From the IMG/VR virus record IMGVR_UViG_3300045821_000013, positions 1,027-65,026 of that record: a DNA stretch of 64,000 bases. One strand, written 5' to 3'. This DNA comes from a virus (lineage: Duplodnaviria; Caudoviricetes). The notes under the pieces were generated by a model that saw only the letters and a program-made list of their open reading frames with translations, did no database searches and was not told the origin of the DNA. Shown piece after piece: positions 24,860 to 36,800 of this stretch (position 1 is its first letter; the number at the start of each line of letters is the position of its first letter). Made by a program: the position numbers and the translations under genes.

Positions 24860-27800
24860 TCAGTCACGGTTTTTCCTCGTCATGTTTTCATGCGCCTGGC
24901 TGATAATTTCGGGATATTTTAGCATGACATAGCCGCGCGCCGCCTCGCGCGATTGCCGGATCGTCTCGGTTATCACGTCATGCCGCACATGATTCGGCCA
25001 CGACTGAAAATCTTGAGAGTTCACGATCGCGTCGAGGCGCATTTTCGTCATGCGCCCGGCCACGCGCTGATATTCGTCATATTGATCTGGATCAAGCTCC
25101 ACTCCGCGAATTTTCTTTTCGACCTTGGATGGAGCGATTCCGATGCTCAAAAGCGCCAAATTGACCGGATCGCGGCTCATCTGCGTCATATAGATTGCGG
25201 TGACGCCTTTGGCGCCGAGCGCATCATGATTGACCATCGGTTCTCCCCACACGTCGCGGCGCGGCATAAGCTCCTCCGACAAGCCGGGGATTTTCGCTTT
25301 GATCGCATCCATGACGGTGCGCGCCTGCCGGGAGTATGGATCGGCGGCGCGCGCCATCTGCGCCATGCCGACGCTGTAGGGAACGAACGAGGAAGCAAAC
25401 TGGCGGATATAGGATTCGCCATAGCGTCCCGGATCTTCAACCGCCTTGAGCAACTCCGCAGGCCCGCGCATGAACGATTCATCCAGAATATTCTGCGTGA
25501 TCGCATGTTGCAGATGCGCGCCGGCGGCGAGCATATCGCCCTCGCCCGCCGCATGGGCGACATCGTACATATCGGCCGCCACGCCCATCAGCATCCCCAT
25601 CGGCCCAAGGCGGTGGGTGTCGTACCAGATATCGCCAACGCGGACGCTATGCGCCTGATTGCCCGCCAGACGCCACATTGCGGCCTGCCTCGGATCGGAG
25701 GGTCCGGAGCCTGACGCATAGCCATTGGCGGCGAGGCTCCCGAACAGGAGCGAAAGCGCCGTTCCGCAAAGCATCCTCGCCTGCGCCTTGTCCTGTGCAA
25801 TTGTGCCGTTTTTCCCCATGACATCGGCGCGCAGTTCCGGCGAAAGGATCAATCCAAGGGGTGTGCGCTGGATGATGCTCTGGTCGATGACGTTCGAGGA
25901 AATGTGAACGAACGGATCAATAAATTTCAAAAGCTGCGTTTCGCCGAGAACCGGCAAATCAACTTTGATATTGGTCAGCCGCGACATCGCCTTGGTCAAC
26001 TGCCCGCCCTGGCCCATCAGGGTCAAATCGGTCGCGGCGGTGCGCGCCGTTGCTATCAGGTTTTCATCGGGGTTCTGCCAAAGCTCGCCAATGCGCGCCT
26101 CCAGCGCATTTCCTTTCAAGCCCTCGTTCACGGCCTGGCGATAGGCCAAGGACGCCTTTTCCATGGAGTAGTTCAACGAACGGAATAGTGAGTGAATCGC
26201 CGCGATCATGCGCGACGGCGCGCGGGCGATATCTCCGACAGGAATCCGAACCGATCCAACATCGAAATTTGGAATGGCGCCTGTCGCTGAATAATTGGTC
26301 GAAAACGTCGGCTGGTCTTTCAACCCTGCCGCGTCGAGCAATCCGCCGCCCGCACGAAAACCATCGAACAAGCCACGCATCATGCCGAAGGCGCTCGCGC
26401 CGACATCGGCCATGCTGGCGTTTTCATCCAGATGCGCCGGTTCAGCGAACTGGCTTTCTCCTGCGAACGGCATATTTCCAAATTGGTGTTCGCTTGGCAG
26501 GAGCGTCGTTTTGCCGGTTTTCAACGCATCGACGGAGGCTTTGAGCGCAGGAACCATGCCTGCCTTCAGGCCCTTGAATTGCGCGCCGACTTCGCCGCCA
26601 TGGACGACAGGCCCGGCCCGGCCCATTCCGGCCCGCGCTTTTCCGATCATCGCAGCCACCAGGGTTTCCGGCCCGGCCTTTTCGAGCGCCAGCATCATGT
26701 TGCCAATAGTGTACGTGACATGCGTGGCGGGTCCGGAAATCAGCCCGTTAATCCAGTATTCCATCAGCATCGAGCCAAAGGACCGTTTTTGCGAGTCGGC
26801 AATGAACTTGGCGATTTTGTCCGGCGAGTCGAGCGCCGCGCCGAGTTTCGCCTCCGCCTTCAACTGGTAAAGAGTTGTCCCGGTCGCACCCTGCAAGAAC
26901 GTGTCGATGCTTTCCGCTTCCGGTGTCCAAGCCTCCTGCAACTTGCGCAGCGCCCGCAGCGCCCGGCCCGCCTCCGCCGTAGCCTGCGAATAGGCCGCTT
27001 GGATCATCTGGTGACGCGCTTTCGCCCTAGCGTAAGCGATTACATCCTCGTCGGCCTGCGTCTCCGCCGCCTTGTTCATGGCTGCGCGAGTGTCGCGCGC
27101 CGACTGAACCGCAATCATCTGAATTGCGCGAGCCTGTTCGGCATTGTAGGCATCGCCGAGTTTTTTCGCTGTCCAGAAATCAGGATCGGCCCCCAATAGC
27201 GCGCGCGCCATGGCCGTGCTTTCAGAATCGGAAATCTTTCCGCGCCGGTCGCCGATGAAATCATTATTCGCCGCCGCCGTCTCGCGCAGGAGTTCCTTCA
27301 AGTCCTCGGCGCCGTTCACGTTGTCGAGGCGGATATTTCCGGCCTTATCTACGAATTCGGCGGGTTCTGGCCCGAATTGCTCGGCTGGCCTTGGGGCGGG
27401 TTGCCCACTCCGAGCAAGGTTGGCATCATCTGGTCGCTGTTGGCGTCCTGATACGTCAGAGCTTTCTGTCCCAACGTCAGCGCCGCCGCGCTCGATCGCG
27501 CCAGATCCCGCGCCGCGCTCGCCGCCTCCGTCGACAGGTTCGGATGCGCCGCCACCTGGCCCCACATTTCCTTGTCCGCCTGCGCCTGCGCTACCTTGTC
27601 CGCCAGGCTCGGTTCCTGCGCCGGCTGCGCCGCCGGGTTCTTCCTGTTGGGTCGCGGCGATTTCCCCGCGCGCGGTTTCGAGTTCATGCTGTACCTCCGG
27701 CGTTAAATCCTCGATTGCCCTGTCACGTTCTGAAATGACGCGATCCATGGCGGGTTCGGCGTGTTGCGGTTCCGTCTCTTTGGCGTCGATTTCGTGATGG

Positions 27801-30800
27801 TCGGCCAACGATGCAACGGCGCTACGCTCCGGCGCCACGACAGCCGATTGCGGTTCGGCCAGCATCCGGTCGAACACGGCGCGAATATCGGCGTTGATCG
27901 GTTTTCCAAGCCCGGTGAGGGTCTTGTAAATGTTCATCAGCCACGATTTGAACTTGGCGAAAACGCCAGCCAGATCCTTGGATGGAGCTACGCCCTCGCG
28001 CAAATATTGCTCGAATCCCCGCGCGAACTTTTCATGCTGCGCCTTGGTGATTTCCGCACCATCGGCCGCCTTGAGCCATTTGCGCGTCGTGGTCGCATCG
28101 GTTTTTAATTGATCCGGAGCCAGCGGGTGCGCGGCGTCTTTCAGAAGATTATCCAGCCAGTCATGGCCGGTTTCGTGGATCATGGTCGAGGCATTGCGCT
28201 CGGCAAACAAGGTGATGACCTTGCGCTGGCCCTCCACGATCTTGATTTTTCCGCGCGCCGACTGCTGGTGTTCCTCGCCCTCGTCGGATTCGGCGGGTTC
28301 TGCGCCCTCCGGCACTTCCTCGCCGCCAGGGACAGCGTTTGGATCGGTGACGTTGGCCGGATCTTCGCCCTGGATTTCGTTCTCGACTTCGATCTTGCGG
28401 GCGCGCTTTTCTTTCAGCTCGTCCTCCTGCGGCCACTTCTTTTCGACTTCCTTTTCCAGATCGGGGATTTTTCTGGCCGATTCCGCCGCCGCCTTTTCGG
28501 TTCGATCCGCAGTCCAGCGGAATTCCTCCGGCCTCATCATCTGGCGTAATTTGGTAAGAGCGGAATCGACCGCGCCCCAATTGATGCCACCTTTCACCAC
28601 GTAGCCAATTCCGGCCAATTCCTGCCCTTTGTCGTTCAGGGCGGAAAAGCTGATCGAGCGATCTTCCTTCGGATTGTGACTCCATGGTTCCACATCGACT
28701 TCGACGGGAACGCCGTTGATCTTTATTCCATCCAGAGTGTAGGTATCGCCCTTTCCCTTGGCCTTTTCCATAATGGCCGACGCGGCAAAACCGTCGTCCA
28801 AAATGGTCTTGCCGTCGATTTCGGCCTCAAAATCAGGCGTCCCCAATTTGGTCCGAATGGCCTTGTTCAAAGCATCGTGGCTGGTGATTTTTTCGCCGTC
28901 GATATCAATAGACCAACGCACCTTTTCACCTTCTGGAACGTCTCCGAATTTACTTATGATGTATTCACGGACGATTTCGCGCGCTGCCTCAACCGCCTTC
29001 ATGGGTTCAGTATAAGGCTTGTCCCCGATCATGACGGAACGCTTGGCCGAACGCTCCTTGATCGGCTCCATTTTCTTTTCGACTTCATCGGCGAAAGCGC
29101 GATTGCGTTCGATTTTCGCCGGCGCCGTCTCAACATCGCGCCTGGCGCTCGAAAGCTGGTCGCGCATGGCGTTCATCCGGCGTCCGAAAGCCCGCCCCTG
29201 CACTTCCAGCTTGCCGATCTGGCTGACGAGGGTTACGCGCTCGACCATCTTGGGATTGCCGGTGGCGAGAGCGGCCATTTCCGCCATGGAGGCCGATTCC
29301 TCGTCCTCGAATTCCATGTTGAACGAACCGTCGTATTTGCGAATTCCGTTGATCGCCTTAAGTTTGTCGGCGTTCAGCGCCCACATTTTGGCGTCGATGG
29401 AGCGTTCCGTCGCATAGGCGATGACATCGACGGCAAAGCCCGGCTTGTAATTCGGGTTCGGCTGTCCGTTCGGGAAATGCGATTCCACGAACATATTGCC
29501 CTGCCGCACGATGCGCCCCTCGCGCTGCTCGATATCGGAGGGCTTCCATGTCACGTCGGCATGGTGCAAAGCAACAAGCCGATCCTGCACATTGGTTCCA
29601 GCGCCCATGCGCGGGGTCGATCCAATGATGACGCGAACCTCGCCGGATTTCACCTTGTCGAACAGGGCGCTCTTTTGCTCCGGCTTGTCTCCGGCCTCCT
29701 GCACGAAAGCTATTTCATTGGCTGGAATTCCCTTCGCCATGAGTTGGTTCTTGATTTCGTCATAGGCGTTCCAGCCGCCGGTCTGCGCCGAGCGAAGCGA
29801 TTCCATTTCGTTCGCGTCATATTTTTCAAGGCTATCGAGCGCCTTTTGCTGCGCGTTCTCATCCCCGGCGTTGATCGCCTCGCGGAGTTTGTCCCGCAGT
29901 CCGTCGTAGGCTTTCAGGATTTTATCATCGCCTTTGGCCTTCGGCACGGAACGGTCGAGAAATATGATCTGCGTTCCTTTTTCCGGCGTCCACTTGTCGT
30001 AAATCTGGTGAACACGGTTTACGATTTCCGCGATCTTTCCGCCCTGGCTGGTGACGTTGATATTTGGATCGACGGCGCGAGCATCGAGCGAAACCTTGCG
30101 GGCGCGATCCATCAGCGTCAGTCGCTTCTTGTTGCGCTCTTTCCGATCTGGCTCGCCCGGCAATGCCTCGAAACCATCGAACACGTCCTTGAGGATTCGG
30201 ATTTGCTCCGGCGTCGGCGCCACAAGCGCCATTTCGCGGTCGCCCTTTCCTGCAAGTTTCGACGCCACCTTGGGCAAGGGATATTCCTTGCCGGGGTTGT
30301 CCTCGGCATAGGCTTTCTGGATTTCCTCCTGCGTCACGGCATCGGCGACGGAATAGTACAAATCCATCAGCGACTTCATATTCGACCATTCGCGGCCAAG
30401 GCGCGTCACTTCCTTGATGCCGCCCGCCTCGGTCGGTTCATATTTGGCGGCGTAGCTGACATACATCGAGCGCCAGGCGTCGAAGTTCTCGATGCCAAGT
30501 TCCTTCAATTCGTTCGGAACCAGATTGCGCAGGAGCAAATACATTTCAGAAACGGAATTGCTGATCGGCGTTCCGGTCAGGAAAGCGACGGACGAACCGG
30601 GGCGGTCATGGAGCGAGCGCACTTTCATGTGCAGATCCGACGCCTTGAGCGAACCGGCTTTGTCACCCATGCCGGAAATGCCGACGAGGCGCGAGGAATA
30701 GGCCAAATTCTTGAATTCGTGCGCTTCGTCCACGGTCAGATCGTCAATGCCCATTTCCTCGAACGTCAACAGCCGGTCGCGGCTGCGGTTGCGCAGCGTC

Positions 30801-33800
30801 GACATGCGGGTTTCAATGCTGGTGACAAGGCGCTCGGCATCCTTGACGCCCATGGGCTTCCCCCATCCCGTATAGCCTTCCTCGGCAGCCGATTTCTCGG
30901 CATCGACAACCGCGGCGCGAGCGGAAATCAATTCTTCCTCCAGATATCGCTGCTCCGTCGATGGGTCGATGTCGATAAAACCAAGCTGCGAATGGCCGAT
31001 GATGACCATATCGTAATCGCCCGCAGCAACCCGGCTGAACAGGCGGCGGCGGTTATCGCGCTCGAAATCATCCTTGTTAGCGGCCAGAATGTTCGAGCCA
31101 GGATAAAGCAGGCGCGCATCGGCCTCCCATTGTCCGACCAGATGGTTTGGAACAACAATCATGGGTTTGTTTGAAAGGCCCATGCGCCGGCGCTCCATGA
31201 TGCGCGCGATCGCCGTGAAGGTTTTTCCGGCGCCGACGACGTGATCGTACAGCACGGATCGGTCGGTAATGCCGCGCCAGATGCCGTTGAGCTGGTGGCG
31301 GCGCATCTTGATGATCGCATCGGGGATTTTCCCCGGCAGGGTAAGGTGCGATCCATCGCGCTGCGTGGTGACGCGAGTATTGAATTTGTCGTTGAAGATC
31401 CGGACAAGCCGCTGGCGCTGCTCGTCGGCCTGATAAACCCAATCCAGAAACTCGTTGGTCAACTCGGAAGCCTTGGCCTGGCTCTCGGCGGTTTCTTCCT
31501 CCATCACATGGACTTTTCCATCGCTGTCCGTCCATGTGACTTTGATCGGCTGCGAGTTCAGCGTCTTGGTGACGATTTGGCCCGGGTCGAGCGCCCCGCT
31601 GCTGGTCGCCCATTCCGCTTTTGGCTTGCCCTCGTACATGGTCGTGTAGCTGTTAGTCACAGCCGAATAATGCACGAACGATGAGTCATAGCCCAAATGC
31701 TTGAGAAAACTCGCGTAAACGTCGCCGGGAATCCATGAACTGCCCATGTTCGGAGAAATCTGCGACGAATCCCAATCTTCCGGAAGAACCTTCTCCAGCG
31801 CCTTGATATTGGCCTCCAGTCCAGCCTCCTTGGCGGCGTTGAGCTTCTTGCGCACTTGTCCCGACAGATATTGGTCGGAGGCTTCCCAGGTCTGCGTCTC
31901 TGGATTGAGATAAGCGCGCGGCTTCTCGCCCTCGGACAGCGCCTTGGCGGCTCCGGCCTCGTCGGTATCGAGCAAGGAGGCGATGCGTTCCAGATTGATC
32001 TTGCCGCTTTCCGACAGCGAAATAGCGACAGCATCGGAAGCGTCTTTCGCTTTTTCAATGACCTTCGGCGGTTCTGTGACGCGGCGCGACATGATCGCCG
32101 ACTTTTCGACCTGCTTTTCCTTGTTCACATGCTCGACGGCCATAATCAAACCGCCATCCGGCATGAAAAGCGCCAGCTTGCTGTTGGCTTTGTCGTTCAG
32201 GTTTCCATATCTTTCCACGAATTGACCGTAGGCTTGGTTCAGCCGGGCGCGGTTCGCCTCGATCGCCTCTGGCGACGCATCCTGCATTTCGAGCTGCAAC
32301 TGTTCCTTGAAACGGTCGCGGATTGGAAGCATCGCGTCGACGGCGGCGACATTGCGCTCGCCCCACTTATCGCGTGCGGGGATATCGCTTTCGTTCTCGT
32401 AAACGATGGTCTGCTTCTGGTTGCGGTTCGACGGGGTTCCATCGGCCTTCAAGAGCTTGATCGGGTTTCCGGCCTCATCAACGGCGTTTACCGTGCGCTG
32501 CCACTTCCCTTCGAGGTTCATCGTGTAGTCGGGATTGAATGGCGTGTCTTTGGTGAGTGTGATTTCACGCAGGATCGACTTGGCCGCGCCCTCGCCTCCA
32601 TCCATGTCCAAGACGGTTTTCAATTCGCCATCGACGGTTTTCTGGATGCGGCCAGGCTCCGCGCGCTCGACCGCGAGCCTCATGCCATCGGCCATGACGC
32701 GATAATGAACCAACGAGGACGCGGCAATTTCCTCGTTCGGGTCGATGCGCGGCAGTTTTTCAATCGCCGCATCCAGCCGAGATTGAAATTCCTCTTGGTT
32801 TTTCAACTGCACATTCAATTCGGCGCGGCGGTTCATCGTGCCGGTGGCGTTGATATCGCCTACAACCATGTCCCGATTGCGCAGGAAATAGCCGTTGGCA
32901 TTGATCTTCTGGCCGGAGCCTGCTGGATCGTCAATTTCGGAGGAATGTACCCAACGCTCGATTTCGGCCTTGGTTTCCTCATATTCCCATCCGGTGCGCA
33001 GTTCCTTACCACCATCTTTTCCGGGTTTAAGGCCCTTGATATCGTTGACCGCTTCCTGTGCTCTTGTGGCTTCCTCGGATTCGCGCTTTCTCAGGAAAAT
33101 GATATCCGTCACGACTTTTGTGCGGGCGTTTTCCTTGAACGCTGTGTCGGGAAGGCGGATTGCTCCAATAAATTCGCCGGAGCGCGCCAGATCGAGGCGC
33201 GAGGAATTATCGAGCGCATCCATCAAATTATGCGACACAACCATCGCCATCAAACCGCCCGGCCTCACTCCATCCATGGAAGTGAGGAAGAACTGATTAT
33301 GGATCGACTTGCCGTTGGCGGCGGGGTTGTAGCGGAAGTTCAGCGATTCCCGACCGAACGGCGGATTTCCTATCGCCAGGGCAAACTGGTTTTGCGCCAA
33401 CGGAACGTCCTGAAAGCCGGAATGGACGATATCGGCGTTCGGATAGAGCTTTTGCGCAATGCGCGCGGTCAGGTTGTCATATTCGACCGCGAACACGTTC
33501 GACTTGCCGCGCGCTTCCTCCGGCATGAAGCCGATGAAATTTCCGGTTCCGACAGATGGTTCGAGGACGGAGCCGCCAGCAAAGCCCAAACGCTTGACAG
33601 CGGCCCAAACCGATTTGACCACGGCTGGACTTGTATAATGGGCGGCGCCGGTCGAGTTGCGCGCCCGGAGCAGTTCGAGCGGCGTCAGGAGGCTTTCAAT
33701 CTCCGCAACGCGCTTTTCCCAACCTTTGGCGATTCCTTCGCCCTCGGCGGAACCAGCGACGCGGAAAGCGTTTTTCAATCCACCCCATCCGACATAGCGC

Positions 33801-36800
33801 GCGAGAATGGCTTTTTCGTCAGGCGTGGCGCGACGGTTCTCAAATTCGATATCCTTGAGCGTCCGGATCGCGGCGACGTTATCGGCGAATTTCTGGCCTT
33901 CGGTCCCTTTGCCAATCGCCATTTCATCGGTCAGCACAAAATCGGTGTCGGGGATATTGGCCTTGGCCGTCTCGCGCTCGGCAAGCGACGGGTCTTTGTC
34001 GAAAGCCGGGTTCTTGGCATCGACTTCTTCGGAGATTTTCGCCGCGCGCTTTTTGCGGCCTACCTTTCCGGCGGAAGCATTATTGTTTCCGGCAGAACGA
34101 TTTCCTCCGCTTCGTGTTTTTGGTAGCCCTTCTCCATCAGCGCCGCCACCTGGCTCGCCGCCTCCATGCTGGCCTTCTGCGCCCTCTCGTTCAATGTCCC
34201 CGCTTGCCTCAGATCCTTGGTCATTTTCGGGAGATATTCCCTCCAGTGATTCAGGGCTTTCCCCACGTATTGCAGCCCGGTCGTCATCTGCTTCCTCCTT
34301 GATTATGCGCGCCAGTTCGCTCCTAACCTTGTCTGGATCATCGGTCCCGGCGATATCGACTCCATGATCCTCCATCATATCGCGGGCGCCATTGTACCAC
34401 GAACGGAGATAAGGGGTTAGATCGGATAGTTTCGCGCCCAAATCGCGGGCAATGAGGCGAGCAAAGTCAGCGAAGGCCCGCGCGCCGGCCTCGATATGGC
34501 CTGCCGCAAGCTCGGTTCCAATCGCCACCATTTCAGGGTCGATGCCGATGTTGAGCTGCGTTCCGGCATCGCGCAATTTTTGTTTCAGCCGTTCGCGCAG
34601 GATCGCCATGCGATCAGCCGAAACAAGTTTGTTGTTCGCGCCCCATGTCGGCGCGGTTTCAGGTTCGGGCGTTTGCGTTGGGGCGGCTTCTGTCTCCGCT
34701 TCGGCAGGTCGCGCCTCCGTGCTGCGCAGCGCCCGCGCCTCGGCCTCGTCGCTGATCCACATATGGTGGACAGTTTGATGCTTATGCGGCCCAAGTTTCA
34801 GCGCGGCGTCGCCTTCCGCCGCGATATCGCGCGGGTTGTCCAGATTCGATAGTTGCGCCGTCTGTTTCTCGCGCATGGAAATCAGCGCCGCGTCGAGTTC
34901 TTCGCGCGGGATATGGCTCAGTTTCTCGCGCAAGGCGCGAAAGCGCACGTTGTCGCCCGCCGGGCGTCCAGCCAGGGCGAAGAACGCTTTGCGGATTTCC
35001 TTTTCGACCGGCGTTTCCGGCGCAATCGGCGGTTCTTCGACGCGGGGCTTCGGCGGCTTTACGGCCTCGGTAGGTTTCTCGACCGGCGCGGGCGGCTTGC
35101 CTAAAAACGCCTCCATGGCGGCTTCAAGCGTTTCAGGTTCGGATGGTTCCTCGGCAGGCTTGGCCGATTCAGCTTCCTTGGCTGGTTCAAGCAAGCGGCG
35201 CAATTCCGCCCCATTCCTGACGCTCTCGAATTTATCTACGCCGGGGTAATCGCAATCAATTGGTGTTTCCCACCCCATCTTCCAACGCTCGTTGACATAT
35301 CGGGAAAGCTGGCGCACAGCGGCCTCTGTCGGCTTCGTCTTAATGGAAACGTCACCGCTCTTGTCGAATATAGCCGCTGCGATAGTGATCCTAATCGCGC
35401 CTGTGTCGCGCATCATATCGGGGATAGCGTTGTCTCCTATCCCATATCCTAGTTCTGAGGAAATCTGTTCATGGGTATTATCGCCTCCGCCCAATAGCCG
35501 ACCATCAGGAAGAATAAATTTGGCTTCAGAGACATTTTCCGGTTTCCAAAATTCAGCCATGTCTTCGGGCGTAAGTGTCCGATACGGAACTTTTTCTTTG
35601 TTGGATGCCCCTTCCGGCGCGATATCGGCGGCTGGCGGCGATTCCTTTTGAAGTTCTTTGACGCGCTCTTTTGCCTGCCTCAGCCTGGAAAGCAGGCGAT
35701 CGTCCACGACTTGGCCCTGCTCATCGAGCCGCGCTTGCAGTTCCATGACGGTGTTCATGGCGTCAACAAGCTCAGACTTGCCAGATTCAGCGGCGGGCGG
35801 CGGCGCTTCGCCCTCGGCCCAATCCTTCTTGTGCTGCTCCAACTTACTTTTGTGTGTCGCTGACTCCTCAGCCGTCAGATATTCAGGCCGATTGATGCGG
35901 TTCGTTTCGAGGCGGGTTCCTTCGCGCGTCGGGATGGTCGAAACTGGCTCGGTGTAGCGAATCCCATCCATGAGATAAGACCGCGCGCCGCGCTTGTCCT
36001 CCCAAAGATCGCGGCCATACTCGTTCTTGCCGACAAACTTTCGCCCGGCGGCGTCCTCGTCGCCTGGCGCGGCCTCGCGCGGCGCTTCCGGTTCTTTGTA
36101 AGCCACTTCGCGCATTGGATTGGCGTCAGTGTCATAAACCTTTCCGAGTTTTTCAATCTTTTCGGAACTGACATTGCTCCACTTGGCCGAGCGTTTCAGT
36201 TTTACATCGGCGGCGTCGATGACTTGGCCGCGCTCGCCCGGCGACATGGCATCCCACCACATGGCGAGTTTTTGCTCGCGTGGCGTGTCAGGCGAGACGG
36301 TGAAATCGCGCTTCGGAAGGCGGGCAGTGGGCGCTGGTGTCTCGGCCTGCGGACCATGGATCATCCGTGATGCTTCGACCTTGGCTGCGTCCAAATCCTT
36401 GACGATGCTGATAGGCCCGACCGTTTCTTGCGCATCGGTGTCGCGCAGGACGACGCTGAATTTGTCGTCTCGGCGCTTTATGATGAGAACTTCCGTTCCA
36501 TCGCCTTCCTTGCCGGGGATGCGCTCGACAAGCCCCTCTGGATCTGTAGTTAACGCCTCCGGCGGCGCAGCGGGTTCCGGTTCCTGTCGGCCTGCCGTGA
36601 TTGTCGTTTCGGCCATGGCCGGCGCAGGCGCGACTTTTTTCTTGGCCGGTGCAGGCTTGGTAGCATTTTCCTTGATGCTGTCCACAACCCGCTGGAAGTC
36701 GAGCGGTTCGGCAAGCGGCTTCAAGCCCTCGTTCGGGTGGTAGGAAAAGCCTTGGCTCTTTCCGGCCTCGTTCGGGCGCGCAAGCAGGATGGTCCCGTTA

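Noticed and set aside
24658-24903. Plus-strand small ORF between the giant gene and the endolysin
   Set aside because: Weak support: antisense to the late operon, no terminator, no motif; the region is more likely a lysis promoter
28676-34126. Long plus-strand ORFs (832 aa and 756 aa) opposite the giant gene
   Set aside because: Antisense shadows of a GC3-rich coding strand; no recognisable motifs or RBS
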